Below are positions 52,004-60,525 of a DNA stretch of 64,000 nucleotides, in pieces (the first letter of the stretch is position 1; each line of letters starts with the position of its first letter). A program made the translations under genes and the position numbers. A model generated the notes under the pieces. The model was not told the DNA's origin and made no database searches. It saw only the letters and a program-made list of their open reading frames with translations. Source of the DNA: Thermoanaerobaculia bacterium (GTDB lineage: Bacteria; Acidobacteriota; Thermoanaerobaculia; Gp7-AA8); NCBI GenBank assembly GCA_035629865.1, contig DASPHC010000082.1, positions 12,158 to 76,157 on the forward strand, read 5' to 3'.

Positions 52004-52031
52004 GTCGGCGCATGGTATCAACTAACCTGCC

Positions 52032-53399
52032 ATGCCCACGAAGACGATCTCCCGGCTCCTCCTCACCCTGATCTTCGCCGCCGCCGCCACCGCCCAGTCG
52101 AAGGCGGGGGACTTTGAAGTGAAGCCGCTTCCGGCGCAGACGAAGGCGCCGACGAAGGTGCGGTCGGTGGCCCGGAACGGGCAGCCGCAACTGCGCGCCT
52201 GCGACGTCGACATCTGCAACACCACCCAGCCCCACACCTGCGTGCAGGTGGAGTATCCGGAGACGGCGTGGCGCACCTGTATCTCGAACCAGGGCCGCCG
52301 CGGGATCGTCCTCGGTCCCACCGACCTGCGGCGCAATCCGAACGCTCCCTGGATGCGCATCCTGCGGGAGGGGAGTGTCGCCGAGATCTTCGTTCCGTAT
52401 CACGTGCTGCCGCTGCGCCTCTTCGACCACCAGACCACCAACGTCGGCTCCATCCGCGAGGTCACTCCTGCCGACGCGGGCGTGGCGGGCGACCTGCTGA
52501 CGTTCTCGGGCGACCCCACGCCGCGCATCGTCGCGGAGCTGAAGGATCGCGGCATCGCCTGGCTCTGCAAGGAGGGGCGAAACACGGTCCGGCGCGGCCA
52601 GGAGCTCGTGCTGTGGGGCGTGCAGGACGCGGCCAACTACGACTTCATTACCGAATACCGGCTGCGGGACGACGGGAGCATCGGCTTCCGCGTCGGCGCC
52701 ACCGGCTTCAATAACCCCTATTTTCCGCCCGCGAGCACGACCGACGCGCACATGCACGACATCCTCTGGCGGGTCGACGTCGACCTCAACGGCGCCGAGG
52801 GCGACAGCGCCGTGCTGCTGACCCATCGGGAGGGAGAGAGCGCGCCGTTCCTCGTCGCCACCGACGTGGAAGAGGCGTTCAACAACGGCCGCGAAGGAAC
52901 CGCCGTCTGGAATCCGCAGCGCTTTCTCACCATCGGCGTCGAGGACGAGACCACGAACTCGTACGGCCACAAGATCGGCTACGCCATGCGCATCAACCCC
53001 GAGGGGCTGGCGCGGCACTACGGCGAGCAGGCGGGGCGCTCGGGGGAGAGCTTTACTCACGTCGACTTTGCGGTGACGACGTTCAAGCAGAACGAGCGCG
53101 ACGTGCATTTCGACAACCCGCATCGCCGCTACGTCCACCCCGATCAGTACCTCCTCGGCGAGCTCCCGTTCGCCGGCTCCGGCGTCTCCGACGGGGAGTC
53201 GATCGAGAATACCGACATCATTCTTTGGTACCGCTCCGCCACTCACCACGACCCGCACGATGAGGACCACGCACCCGGCGATCCCGCCAATCTGATGACC
53301 GGGATCACTTCTGTGCACTGGACGGGCTTCGACTTCGAGCCGCGCAATCTTTTCGATTTCAATCCCCTCGGCGGCCCCAGCCGCACGAACTGCCAGTAG
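52032..53399 (+). CDS. Secreted copper amine oxidase-like protein (catalytic domain only)
   Basis: 455 aa, signal peptide. AANYDFITEYRLRDDGSIGFRVGATG (TPQ N-Y-D motif), HMHDILWRVDVDLNG (H-x-H copper ligands), NTDIILWYRSATHHDPHDED (third His region) match the CuAO D4 domain blocks. Confidence 0.75.
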   Translation: MPTKTISRLLLTLIFAAAATAQSKAGDFEVKPLPAQTKAPTKVRSVARNGQPQLRACDVDICNTTQPHTCVQVEYPETAWRTCISNQGRRGIVLGPTDLRRNPNAPWMRILREGSVAEIFVPYHVLPLRLFDHQTTNVGSIREVTPADAGVAGDLLTFSGDPTPRIVAELKDRGIAWLCKEGRNTVRRGQELVLWGVQDAANYDFITEYRLRDDGSIGFRVGATGFNNPYFPPASTTDAHMHDILWRVDVDLNGAEGDSAVLLTHREGESAPFLVATDVEEAFNNGREGTAVWNPQRFLTIGVEDETTNSYGHKIGYAMRINPEGLARHYGEQAGRSGESFTHVDFAVTTFKQNERDVHFDNPHRRYVHPDQYLLGELPFAGSGVSDGESIENTDIILWYRSATHHDPHDEDHAPGDPANLMTGITSVHWTGFDFEPRNLFDFNPLGGPSRTNCQ

Positions 53400-53515
53400 C
53401 ACGTTTCGCGGTCGGTCTACGGGAGAGACGACGAGAGGCCTCCGGCGGGCCGGCCCGGTCGGTCTCTCCCATGGACTGACCGAGAACCATACGGCTTAGC
53501 TACAATGCGCGCGGC

Positions 53516-55015
53516 ATGAAGGTGCTCATTGCAAATCGGGGTGAGATCGCCGTACGGGTCATTCGCGCGTGCCGCGAGATGGGCTACCCCACCGTCGCCG
53601 TCTACTCCGAGCCCGACCGCAGCGCGCTTCACGTCGTCTCCGCCGACCAGGCCATGCCCATTGGGGCTGCACCATCGCGCGAAAGCTACCTCCGCATCGA
53701 CCGCATCCTCGAAGCCGCGAAGAAAAGCGGCGCCGAGGCCATCCATCCCGGCTACGGCTTCCTTGCCGAAAACGCCGGCTTCGCCCGTGCCTGCCGCGAG
53801 GCCGGGCTGCTGTTCATCGGCCCCTCGCCCGAGTCCATCGACGCGATGGGCTCCAAGACCGAGTCGCGGCAGCGGATGCAGGCCGCCGGAGTGCCGGTCG
53901 TTCCCGGCCTCACCGAGCCGGTGAAGTCGTTCGACGAGATCGCGGCGTTTGCGGCCGAGGCGGGCTTCCCGATCATGATCAAAGCGAGCGCCGGCGGGGG
54001 AGGGAAAGGGCTGCGCCTCGTCGAGCGCGAGGAAGACCTGAAGTCCTCCTTCGAGCGCGTCACCAGTGAGGCCGAGTCCTTCTTCGGCGACGGCGCCGTC
54101 TACGCCGAGAAATTCATCACCTCGCCGCGCCACATCGAAGTGCAGATCGTCGGCGACCAGCACGGCAACATCGTCCACGTCGGCGAGCGCGAATGCACGT
54201 TGCAGCGCCGCCATCAGAAGGTCGTCGAGGAGTGCCCTTCTCCTGTCGTCGACGCGCCGCTGCGCGAGCGCCTGGGCGCCATGGCCGTGAAAGCCGCGGC
54301 GGCCGTCAACTACTACTCCACCGGCACCATCGAGTGCCTGATGGGGCCGGACCGCGAGTTCTACTTTCTCGAGATGAACACGCGCCTCCAGGTCGAGCAC
54401 CCGGTCACCGAGATGGTGTGGGGCGTCGACCTGGTGAAAGAGCAGCTCCGCATCGCGCGCGGCGAGAAGCTGTCGTTCCGGCAGGAAGACCTGCGCCCCC
54501 TCGGCCATTCGCTGGAGTGCCGCATCTACGCCGAAGACCCGTCGCGCAAGTTCGCGCCGTCGCCCGGCCTGATCCGCTACATCAACCTTCCGCAGGGGCC
54601 CGGCGTGCGCAACGACCAGGGCGTCTACGCCGGCTACACCGTGCCGGTGTATTACGACCCGATGCTCTCGAAGCTCATCGTGCACGGGCAGTCGCGCGAG
54701 GAGGCCATCGGGCGGATGCGCCGCGCGCTGACGGAGTACCGCGTCGAGGGGATCGAGACCACGATCCCGTTCTTCACCTTCCTCATGGACCATCCCGACT
54801 TCGCCGCGGCGAACTTCGACACCGGCTTCATCGACCGGATACTGCCGGAGATCGACTTCGCCCGCCGTCCTTCCTCGGAGCATGACGTCGATGCCGCCAT
54901 CGCGGCGGCCGCGATCCTGGCGTTCGAGGAGTCGCAGCGGGTGCAGATCCCCGAGGATGGACCGTCGCGCTGGCGTGCCGCGGGACGCGAAGAAGCGATG
55001 CGGGGGCGGCTGTGA
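53516..55015 (+). CDS. accC: Biotin carboxylase subunit (acetyl/acyl-CoA carboxylase)
   Basis: MKVLIANRGEIAVRVIRAC..., ATP-grasp GGGGKGLR, EMNTRLQVEHPVTE. Confidence 0.95.
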   Translation: MKVLIANRGEIAVRVIRACREMGYPTVAVYSEPDRSALHVVSADQAMPIGAAPSRESYLRIDRILEAAKKSGAEAIHPGYGFLAENAGFARACREAGLLFIGPSPESIDAMGSKTESRQRMQAAGVPVVPGLTEPVKSFDEIAAFAAEAGFPIMIKASAGGGGKGLRLVEREEDLKSSFERVTSEAESFFGDGAVYAEKFITSPRHIEVQIVGDQHGNIVHVGERECTLQRRHQKVVEECPSPVVDAPLRERLGAMAVKAAAAVNYYSTGTIECLMGPDREFYFLEMNTRLQVEHPVTEMVWGVDLVKEQLRIARGEKLSFRQEDLRPLGHSLECRIYAEDPSRKFAPSPGLIRYINLPQGPGVRNDQGVYAGYTVPVYYDPMLSKLIVHGQSREEAIGRMRRALTEYRVEGIETTIPFFTFLMDHPDFAAANFDTGFIDRILPEIDFARRPSSEHDVDAAIAAAAILAFEESQRVQIPEDGPSRWRAAGREEAMRGRL

Positions 55016-55509
55016 AGTTCATCGCCCGCGAAGGCGGCCGCGAGATCGGCGTCGAGGTCCAACGCCACGGTGCCGGCTACCGCGTCCGCATCGACGACCG
55101 CTGGCTGGAAGCCGATATGGTGAGCATTGGCCGCTACGTCCGCTCGTTGCGGCTCGACGATGGCACCCAGTTCTCGCTCGTCCACCACCGCGAAGGCAGC
55201 ACCCATGAGATCTCCTTCGGCGGCTCGACCGTCACCGTCGAGATCATCGATCCCCTCGCCGCAAAGCGCCGCGGCGGCGACGACGAGATGAGCAGCGGTG
55301 GCGTGGTCAAGGCGCTCATGCCCGGCCGCGTCGTACGCGTCCTCGTCTCGAAGGGCGACACCGTCCAGAAAGGCGCCGGTCTCCTGATCCTCGAAGCGAT
55401 GAAAATGGAGAACGAGATCCAGGCGCCGGCCGACGGCACCGTCGACGAGCTGTTCGTCGAGCCGGGACAGACCGTCGAGGCCGGGGCGGAGCTGCTGCTC
55501 ATCACATGA
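55012..55509 (+). CDS. Biotin/lipoyl-attachment (BCCP-like) protein
   Basis: GTG start overlapping the accC stop. C-terminal GDTVQKGAGLLILEAMKMENEIQAPADGTV carries the biotinyl-Lys motif AMKM. Confidence 0.85.
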   Translation: MKFIAREGGREIGVEVQRHGAGYRVRIDDRWLEADMVSIGRYVRSLRLDDGTQFSLVHHREGSTHEISFGGSTVTVEIIDPLAAKRRGGDDEMSSGGVVKALMPGRVVRVLVSKGDTVQKGAGLLILEAMKMENEIQAPADGTVDELFVEPGQTVEAGAELLLIT

Positions 55510-56021
55510 TCACGCTCGACCTCGTCCGTGACCTCTTCGACCACATGCAATGGGCCGACGCGGAGGTCTGGACGGCCGTCGAAGCGTGGAGGAAAGAGGC
55601 GGAGCCGGGCCCGAAGGCGGAGCGGCTGATGACGCTCCTCCAGCACCTGCACGACGTTCAGCACTCGTTTCTCCTGATGTGGACCACCGGCGGGCGCACC
55701 TCCCGCGAGCAGCTGACTCCGGAAGAGCTGCAGGAATGGGCGCGCGCGTTCTACGCCGGCGCGGGCCCCTTCCTCGCCAGCTTCGACATTGCCCGCAGCC
55801 ACGACATCGTCACCATGCCGTGGCTCCCCTACTTCGAGAAGCAGCTCGGCCGCACCCTCCAGCAGCCGACCTTCGCCGAAACGCTCGTCCAGGTTCCGAT
55901 GCACAGCACCTATCACCGCGGCCAGATCAACGCCCTCCTCCGCGAGCTCGGCGGCACCCCGCCGCTGGTCGACTACATCGCGTGGGTCTGGCTGGGAAAG
56001 CCGGCGCCGGTGTGGCCATAA
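55506..56021 (+). CDS. DinB-family protein
   Basis: 171 aa. HMQWADAEVW...HLHDVQHSFL...HSTYHRGQINALLRELG (the His triad pattern of DinB-like four-helix bundles). Confidence 0.7.
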   Translation: MITLDLVRDLFDHMQWADAEVWTAVEAWRKEAEPGPKAERLMTLLQHLHDVQHSFLLMWTTGGRTSREQLTPEELQEWARAFYAGAGPFLASFDIARSHDIVTMPWLPYFEKQLGRTLQQPTFAETLVQVPMHSTYHRGQINALLRELGGTPPLVDYIAWVWLGKPAPVWP

Positions 56022-56090
56022 TCGCCTGAGGCACCCGCGCAAGCGTCACGCTGGTCCCTCCGAGGCCCGCCCCCTCATCCGGCTTCGCCA

Positions 56091-56280
56091 CCTTCTCTCC
56101 CGTGCGCGGGGGAGAAGGGCAACAAAATGCGCGCCGCGCGAGGGTGCGCGCTTGTTGCCCCTCGCCCCCCGTTCAGGGGGGAGAGGGATGTTCGGCACCT
56201 GCGCGTGGCTATGTCGACGGTCTGCCGAAAGCGGAGGTGTTGGATAGAAGACCAGGTGCCGAACGGGGTGAGGGGGCGTG
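56091..56280 (+). repeat. Composite REP-like element (copy 2 of 2) with an extra upstream hairpin module
   Basis: ccttctctcc-cgtgcgcg-ggggagaagg, gggcaacaa...ttgttgccc, cccctcgcccccc-gttc-aggggggagaggg, ttcggcacctg...caggtgccgaa, cggggtgaggggg. Confidence 0.7.
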
Positions 56281-56369
56281 CCTCAGCGCGACAACCGTGC
56301 GGCCTCACGTCCACCCCGCGTGATGCAGCCCACACCTTCCCTCCCCCACTGCCGCCTATAATTCCGGCC

Positions 56370-59231
56370 ATGTCCAATCAGCCGCTCGGTCCCTATGTGA
56401 TCGGTGAACGTGTCGGTTCCTCGGTCTGGCTGGCCGAGGACACGCGCAACGGGAAGAGGGTCGCGATCAAGCTGCTGACCAAGCAGCTTCCGAAAGAGCA
56501 GGCCAAGCGCGACGCACTGATCCGCGACGTGCGCATCTCCGCGGCGCTCTATCACGCATTCCTCGTCCCGATCCTCGAGATCGCGCCGGTCGGCGACAAC
56601 CTCCTCATGGTCATGGAAGTCCTCGACGCCCAGAGCATCACGCGCAAGCTGCGCGGACAGCCGCTGGCGCGTCCCGAGTTCTTCCGCCTCTCCTACCAGC
56701 TCGCGAGCGTCGTGAAGTACCTGCACATGAAGAACATCCTCCACGGGAACATCAACGGCGACGCCGTGATGGTCACCCCCGAGGGGCAGGTGAAGCTGGG
56801 AGGCCTCAACCTCGCCAACCTGCTGCGCCGCGAGAACACCTCCACCGCCTACCAGCAGAAAGGGAGCGACGCCCGCAGCGTCGCCTACATGGCGCCCGAG
56901 CAGATCGCCACGCAGATGATGGAGGACAAGACCGACATCTTCTCGATCGGCGTCGTCCTCTACGAGATCGCCACCGGCAAGCTACCGTTCGCCGGCACCA
57001 CCGCTCCCGACATCGCGCGTGCCATCGTCGAGGGCAACCCCTCCTCGCCGAAGAGCTACAACCCGGACATCGAGAATCCGGTCCTGAACCTCCTCGGCGC
57101 CTGTCTCTTCAAGGACTCGTTCAAGCGGACCAAGGATGCGAAGGCGCTGGTCGAGATGATCGAGCGTTTCGACTCCGACTCCGTCGCGTTCGCGAACAAC
57201 CTCGAGAAGAAGATCATCGCTCCCTCTTCTTCGACGACCGAACATCGCCGCTCGATCCTCTTCATCGCCGACGTCGCGAATTACGATGCCCTCGCCGCGG
57301 AGGACGCAGACGCGGCGGCAAAGGCGGCGGCGCGGATGCAGCAGATCCTCGGCGAGTCGGTCTATCTGTTCGACGGGAAGGTCATCGACCCGTTCGGCAC
57401 GCGCATGGTGGCGGAGCTGCCGAACGTCGAGGCCGCGCTCGAGGCGGGACGGAAAGGAGAGTTCGATTTCTCCGGCGCCCAGCAGGACAACGGCGGCCTG
57501 GAGGTGCGGATGCTCCTCCACGCCGGCGATTTCGAGTTGCGCGACGGCACGCCTGTCGGCCCGTCGATCGAGAGGGCCGTGGAGACGCTCCGGCAGCTCA
57601 CGCCGAACACGCTCTTCATCACCGAGGAGTTCGTGAAGGAAGGGCGCGGGCACGTCCGCCTGCGTGATGCCGGCGCGCGTGCCGGGATGAAGCTCTACAC
57701 CATCGTCGCGCCGGAGCCGACGCCGGTCGCCGACACGTCGGTCGAGCCGTCGACCGCGGAGCTCGAAGCCGAGGCGGCGGCGGAAGCGGAAGCCGAGATC
57801 GCCGCGCTGGCGGCGCAGGCGAGGAAGCGGCGGACGATGCTCGCCGCCGTGGCCGCGGTGATCGTCGTCCTTCTCACCGGCGCGGTGCTGATGTGGATGC
57901 GGCGCGGCAGCGAGCCGGTCCCGGTGGCGACGAATACCGTGGCGCCGGTACCTACGGGCGCGACCGCGGAGCATCCGGCCAGGATCCATATCGCCCCGTT
58001 CACCGTCAGCGCGCCCGATCCCCTCATGGCCGAGCGCGCGAATGCGATCCGCCTCGGCGCGATCGAGATCCTGCGCAGCTATCCCGAACTGCAGATCGTC
58101 GAAAGCGACGGTCCAGACGCCGTGCCGTTCGGCGCGCAGGTGCGTGCCGGCGCCGCCGGTCCGGAGATCATCGCCACCTCGGGTGCGAAGACCTCGCAAC
58201 CGGCGGCATTGCTCGACGCCGCGAGCGGCATCCGGGCGATGGTGCAGTGGATCACCGCCGAGGTCCAGGCACCGGCGCGCACGTATACGGTGGCCGAGGC
58301 GCTGAACGCCTTCGCCGATGCCGCGGTCGCGCGGTCCGTCAACGACGTCACGCGCGCCGAGGCTTCGCTCCAGGCCGCGATCCAGGCCGACCCGCGTTTC
58401 CTCCCCGCGCAACTGATGGCCATGGACGTCTTCAGCAAGAACGGCAGGGAAGCCGACGCCGTGAACGCGGCGAAGCAGGTGGTGGCCATCGACCCGCGGA
58501 ACCTCGCCGCCGCGCGCAAAGTCGCGCGGGCGAGCATGGTCAGCGGCGACCTGCAGCAGTCCTTCGCCTTCTGGGAGATGGTGCTGAAGCGCGAGCCGGC
58601 CGACGCCGAGGCGCTCAATCACGTGGCCCGCTACGCGGTCGCGGCCGGCGACTCAGCAAAATTCAACGGCACGCTGACGAGGCTCAACGCCGTGCCGCGC
58701 GGCCAGATCGAGGCCCACGAGCCCGACGCCATCGCCGCCGCCGGCCGTATCGACGTCGCGGTCCAACGCTATTACACCGTTGAAGAGACGGCCCCCGATA
58801 ACCCGGCGCTGGCGCTGAAGATCGGCCGGCTGGCCGTGCTGCGCCACTCCCTGGGCGTCGCCGAAGCCGAGCTGGCGAAGCTCGCCAAGAGCGACCCTCT
58901 CTACGGCTACCACATGCTCCGCGCCTACATCGCCGCCGAAAAGAAAGACCGCGCCGGGGCGATGCAGGCCCTCGAGACCGCCATCAGCGCCGCGCAGGCG
59001 GGCGACGACTCCTGGACCTCGGCCGCCGAGATCCACGCCATCCTCGACGACACCGACGGCCTCCTCGCCGCCCTCGACAAAGCTGCCAAACGCAAAGAGC
59101 CCACCGCCGCCTATGTTCTCGCCCACCCTCTCTTCCGCTACCTCGGCAGCGACCCCCGCTTTCAGGCGCTGCAGACGAAGCTCGGCGAACAGCAGGCGGA
59201 GATTCGCACGGCGCTGGGGCAGGTGAAGTAG
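56370..59231 (+). CDS. Membrane protein: Ser/Thr-kinase-like (predicted pseudokinase) + class III cyclase-like domain + TM + TPR region
   Basis: ATG 56370 within ORF 56127..59231 (upstream codons lie in the REP element). VAIKLL and YMAPEQ are kept, but HRDLKPxN is HGNINGDA and DFG is LGG. Middle RRSILFIADVANYDAL...MLLHAGDFELRDG. TM MLAAVAAVIVVLLTGAVLMWM. C-terminal TPR-like helices. Confidence 0.8.
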   Translation: MSNQPLGPYVIGERVGSSVWLAEDTRNGKRVAIKLLTKQLPKEQAKRDALIRDVRISAALYHAFLVPILEIAPVGDNLLMVMEVLDAQSITRKLRGQPLARPEFFRLSYQLASVVKYLHMKNILHGNINGDAVMVTPEGQVKLGGLNLANLLRRENTSTAYQQKGSDARSVAYMAPEQIATQMMEDKTDIFSIGVVLYEIATGKLPFAGTTAPDIARAIVEGNPSSPKSYNPDIENPVLNLLGACLFKDSFKRTKDAKALVEMIERFDSDSVAFANNLEKKIIAPSSSTTEHRRSILFIADVANYDALAAEDADAAAKAAARMQQILGESVYLFDGKVIDPFGTRMVAELPNVEAALEAGRKGEFDFSGAQQDNGGLEVRMLLHAGDFELRDGTPVGPSIERAVETLRQLTPNTLFITEEFVKEGRGHVRLRDAGARAGMKLYTIVAPEPTPVADTSVEPSTAELEAEAAAEAEAEIAALAAQARKRRTMLAAVAAVIVVLLTGAVLMWMRRGSEPVPVATNTVAPVPTGATAEHPARIHIAPFTVSAPDPLMAERANAIRLGAIEILRSYPELQIVESDGPDAVPFGAQVRAGAAGPEIIATSGAKTSQPAALLDAASGIRAMVQWITAEVQAPARTYTVAEALNAFADAAVARSVNDVTRAEASLQAAIQADPRFLPAQLMAMDVFSKNGREADAVNAAKQVVAIDPRNLAAARKVARASMVSGDLQQSFAFWEMVLKREPADAEALNHVARYAVAAGDSAKFNGTLTRLNAVPRGQIEAHEPDAIAAAGRIDVAVQRYYTVEETAPDNPALALKIGRLAVLRHSLGVAEAELAKLAKSDPLYGYHMLRAYIAAEKKDRAGAMQALETAISAAQAGDDSWTSAAEIHAILDDTDGLLAALDKAAKRKEPTAAYVLAHPLFRYLGSDPRFQALQTKLGEQQAEIRTALGQVK

Positions 59232-59306
59232 TAGTTGCTGTTGCTGGTTCCTGGTGGCTCTTCGTCGAGGCGTAACCGCACAAGCAACCAGCAACCAGAA
59301 ACTACT
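59228..59306. repeat. Hairpin with GTTGCTG-type arms spanning two convergent stop codons
   Basis: 59228-59257 gtagtagttgctgttgctggttcctggtgg versus 59276-59305 ccgcacaagcaaccagcaaccagaaactac. Confidence 0.8.
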
Positions 59307-59613
59307 CCAGCGGTTCGGTCACCCTCGCCCGTCCCTGCTTGCGCCACTCCACGCCCATCACCCGGATGGAGTCGTTCAGATCGACGATGGCGAGGCGGGT
59401 GGCTTCGCGGAACATGGGGGCGCGGAAGCGGGTGTTGAGGACGCGGCGGCGGCCGTCGGTGATGCGGGTAGGGGAGATGGTCATCGAGTCGTCGTCCTGG
59501 CGCAGGTAAACGAAGCCGTTCGTCACCAGCGACGACAGCGTCTCGTAGACCCTGGCCGGCAGGATGAAGACGCCGTTCTGGCAGACGACGTAGAGCCCTT
59601 CGTTTGCATCCAT
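59302..59613 (-). CDS. Hypothetical 103-aa protein
   Basis: ATG 59613 within ORF 59302..59745. Divergent from queD by 1 nt. No motif recognised. Confidence 0.45.
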   Translation of the reverse strand: MDANEGLYVVCQNGVFILPARVYETLSSLVTNGFVYLRQDDDSMTISPTRITDGRRRVLNTRFRAPMFREATRLAIVDLNDSIRVMGVEWRKQGRARVTEPLE

Positions 59614-59614
59614 A

Positions 59615-60034
59615 ATGGTTTTGATGATCGTTACGGCACGACTGACGTTCTCGGCAGCCCACCGCTTGCACAATCCGAACCGTGATGCGGAGTGGAACCG
59701 CCGGACGTACGACAAATGCGACAACCCGCGCGGCCACGGCCACAACTACGCGCTCGAGGTCAGCGTCAAGGGACGGATCGACCCGGAGACCGGCATGGTC
59801 ATCGACCTCAAGCGGCTGAAGGACATCATGCGCGAGCGGGTCATCGACCGCGTCGACCACACGAGCCTCAACGAAGACGTCGACTTCCTCCGCGGCGTCA
59901 TTCCCACCGCCGAGAACCTGGCCCGCTCCTTCTGGCAGCAGCTCGCCCCGGCCATCCCGCACGGCGAGCTGTATGAGGTCGTGCTGCAGGAGACGGAGCG
60001 GAACTCGGTGCGGTATCGCGGGGAGGACGAGTGA
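59615..60034 (+). CDS. queD: 6-carboxy-5,6,7,8-tetrahydropterin synthase
   Basis: FSAAHRLHNP...CDNPRGHGHNYALEV...VIDLKRLKD...DHTSLNEDV are typical QueD/PTPS motifs. Confidence 0.9.
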   Translation: MVLMIVTARLTFSAAHRLHNPNRDAEWNRRTYDKCDNPRGHGHNYALEVSVKGRIDPETGMVIDLKRLKDIMRERVIDRVDHTSLNEDVDFLRGVIPTAENLARSFWQQLAPAIPHGELYEVVLQETERNSVRYRGEDE

Positions 60035-60035
60035 A

Positions 60036-60071
60036 TTGGTTGTCGGTTGTCCGTTGTCGGTTGTCCGAACC
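60036..60071 (+). repeat. Single arm of GTTGTCG/GTTGTCC heptamers
   Basis: ttggttgtcggttgtccgttgtcggttgtccgaacc. The last 19 nt are nearly identical to 8176-8195. Confidence 0.8.
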
Positions 60072-60110
60072 GGCGGCGCGAGAATCACACTCGGGGATAC
60101 ACTCACCCGC

Positions 60111-60347
60111 ATGAACTACGACCTGGCCATGATGGCCCTCGAAGGGCTCGCACGCGCGCCGATCCGCCTCCGCACCGAGGGGGGTGAGGTGATCCTCGAA
60201 GCCGAGCAGGCCTCGTTCAAAGAGCTGGCGCGACTGTGCCTGTTGCTGGGAGGCGTCCAGAGCGCGAAGGACGAGTTCGAGCTCTCGCCGGGAGTGCACG
60301 TCAGCAGCGACTCGCCGAAGCTGGTTTTGCGGATTCAGAGTAGTTGA
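60111..60347 (+). CDS. Hypothetical 78-aa protein
   Basis: ATG 60111 within ORF 59973..60347. MNYDLAMMALEGLARAPIRLRTEGGEVILEAEQASFKELARLCLLLGG.... A faint resemblance to small immunity-type proteins is not enough to name it. Confidence 0.35.
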   Translation: MNYDLAMMALEGLARAPIRLRTEGGEVILEAEQASFKELARLCLLLGGVQSAKDEFELSPGVHVSSDSPKLVLRIQSS

Positions 60348-60353
60348 GAAGAC

Positions 60354-60525
60354 TCCCCTGTCATCCTGAGCCCGCACGATCTCCCCACGAGCGGAAAGCA
60401 CGACGGCGAAGGACCTGGGTGGGTGGGTGAGCGAGGCACATTCTTCCCACCCCCACACGCCCAGGTCCTTCGCCGCCATGCTTCGCGTGCGAAGGGCAAT
60501 TCCTGTGGCTCAGGATGACAAGAGG
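60354..60525. repeat. ~170-bp nested inverted repeat (REP/MITE-like, GTCATCCTGAGC type)
   Basis: Outer arms: tgtcatcctgagcc (60359-60372) versus ggctcaggatgaca (60507-60520). Inner arms: ggcgaaggacctggg (60405-60419) versus cccaggtccttcgcc (60460-60474). Confidence 0.8.

Noticed and set aside
53478-53506. Promoter giving a near-leaderless accC mRNA (TACAAT at 53501-53506, 9 nt before the ATG)
   Set aside because: No acceptable -35 hexamer at 16-18 nt spacing, so there is too little support to list it as a feature.
56127-56369. 81-codon N-terminal extension of the kinase-like ORF
   Set aside because: It lies entirely within the composite REP element. The kinase subdomain I begins right after ATG 56370.
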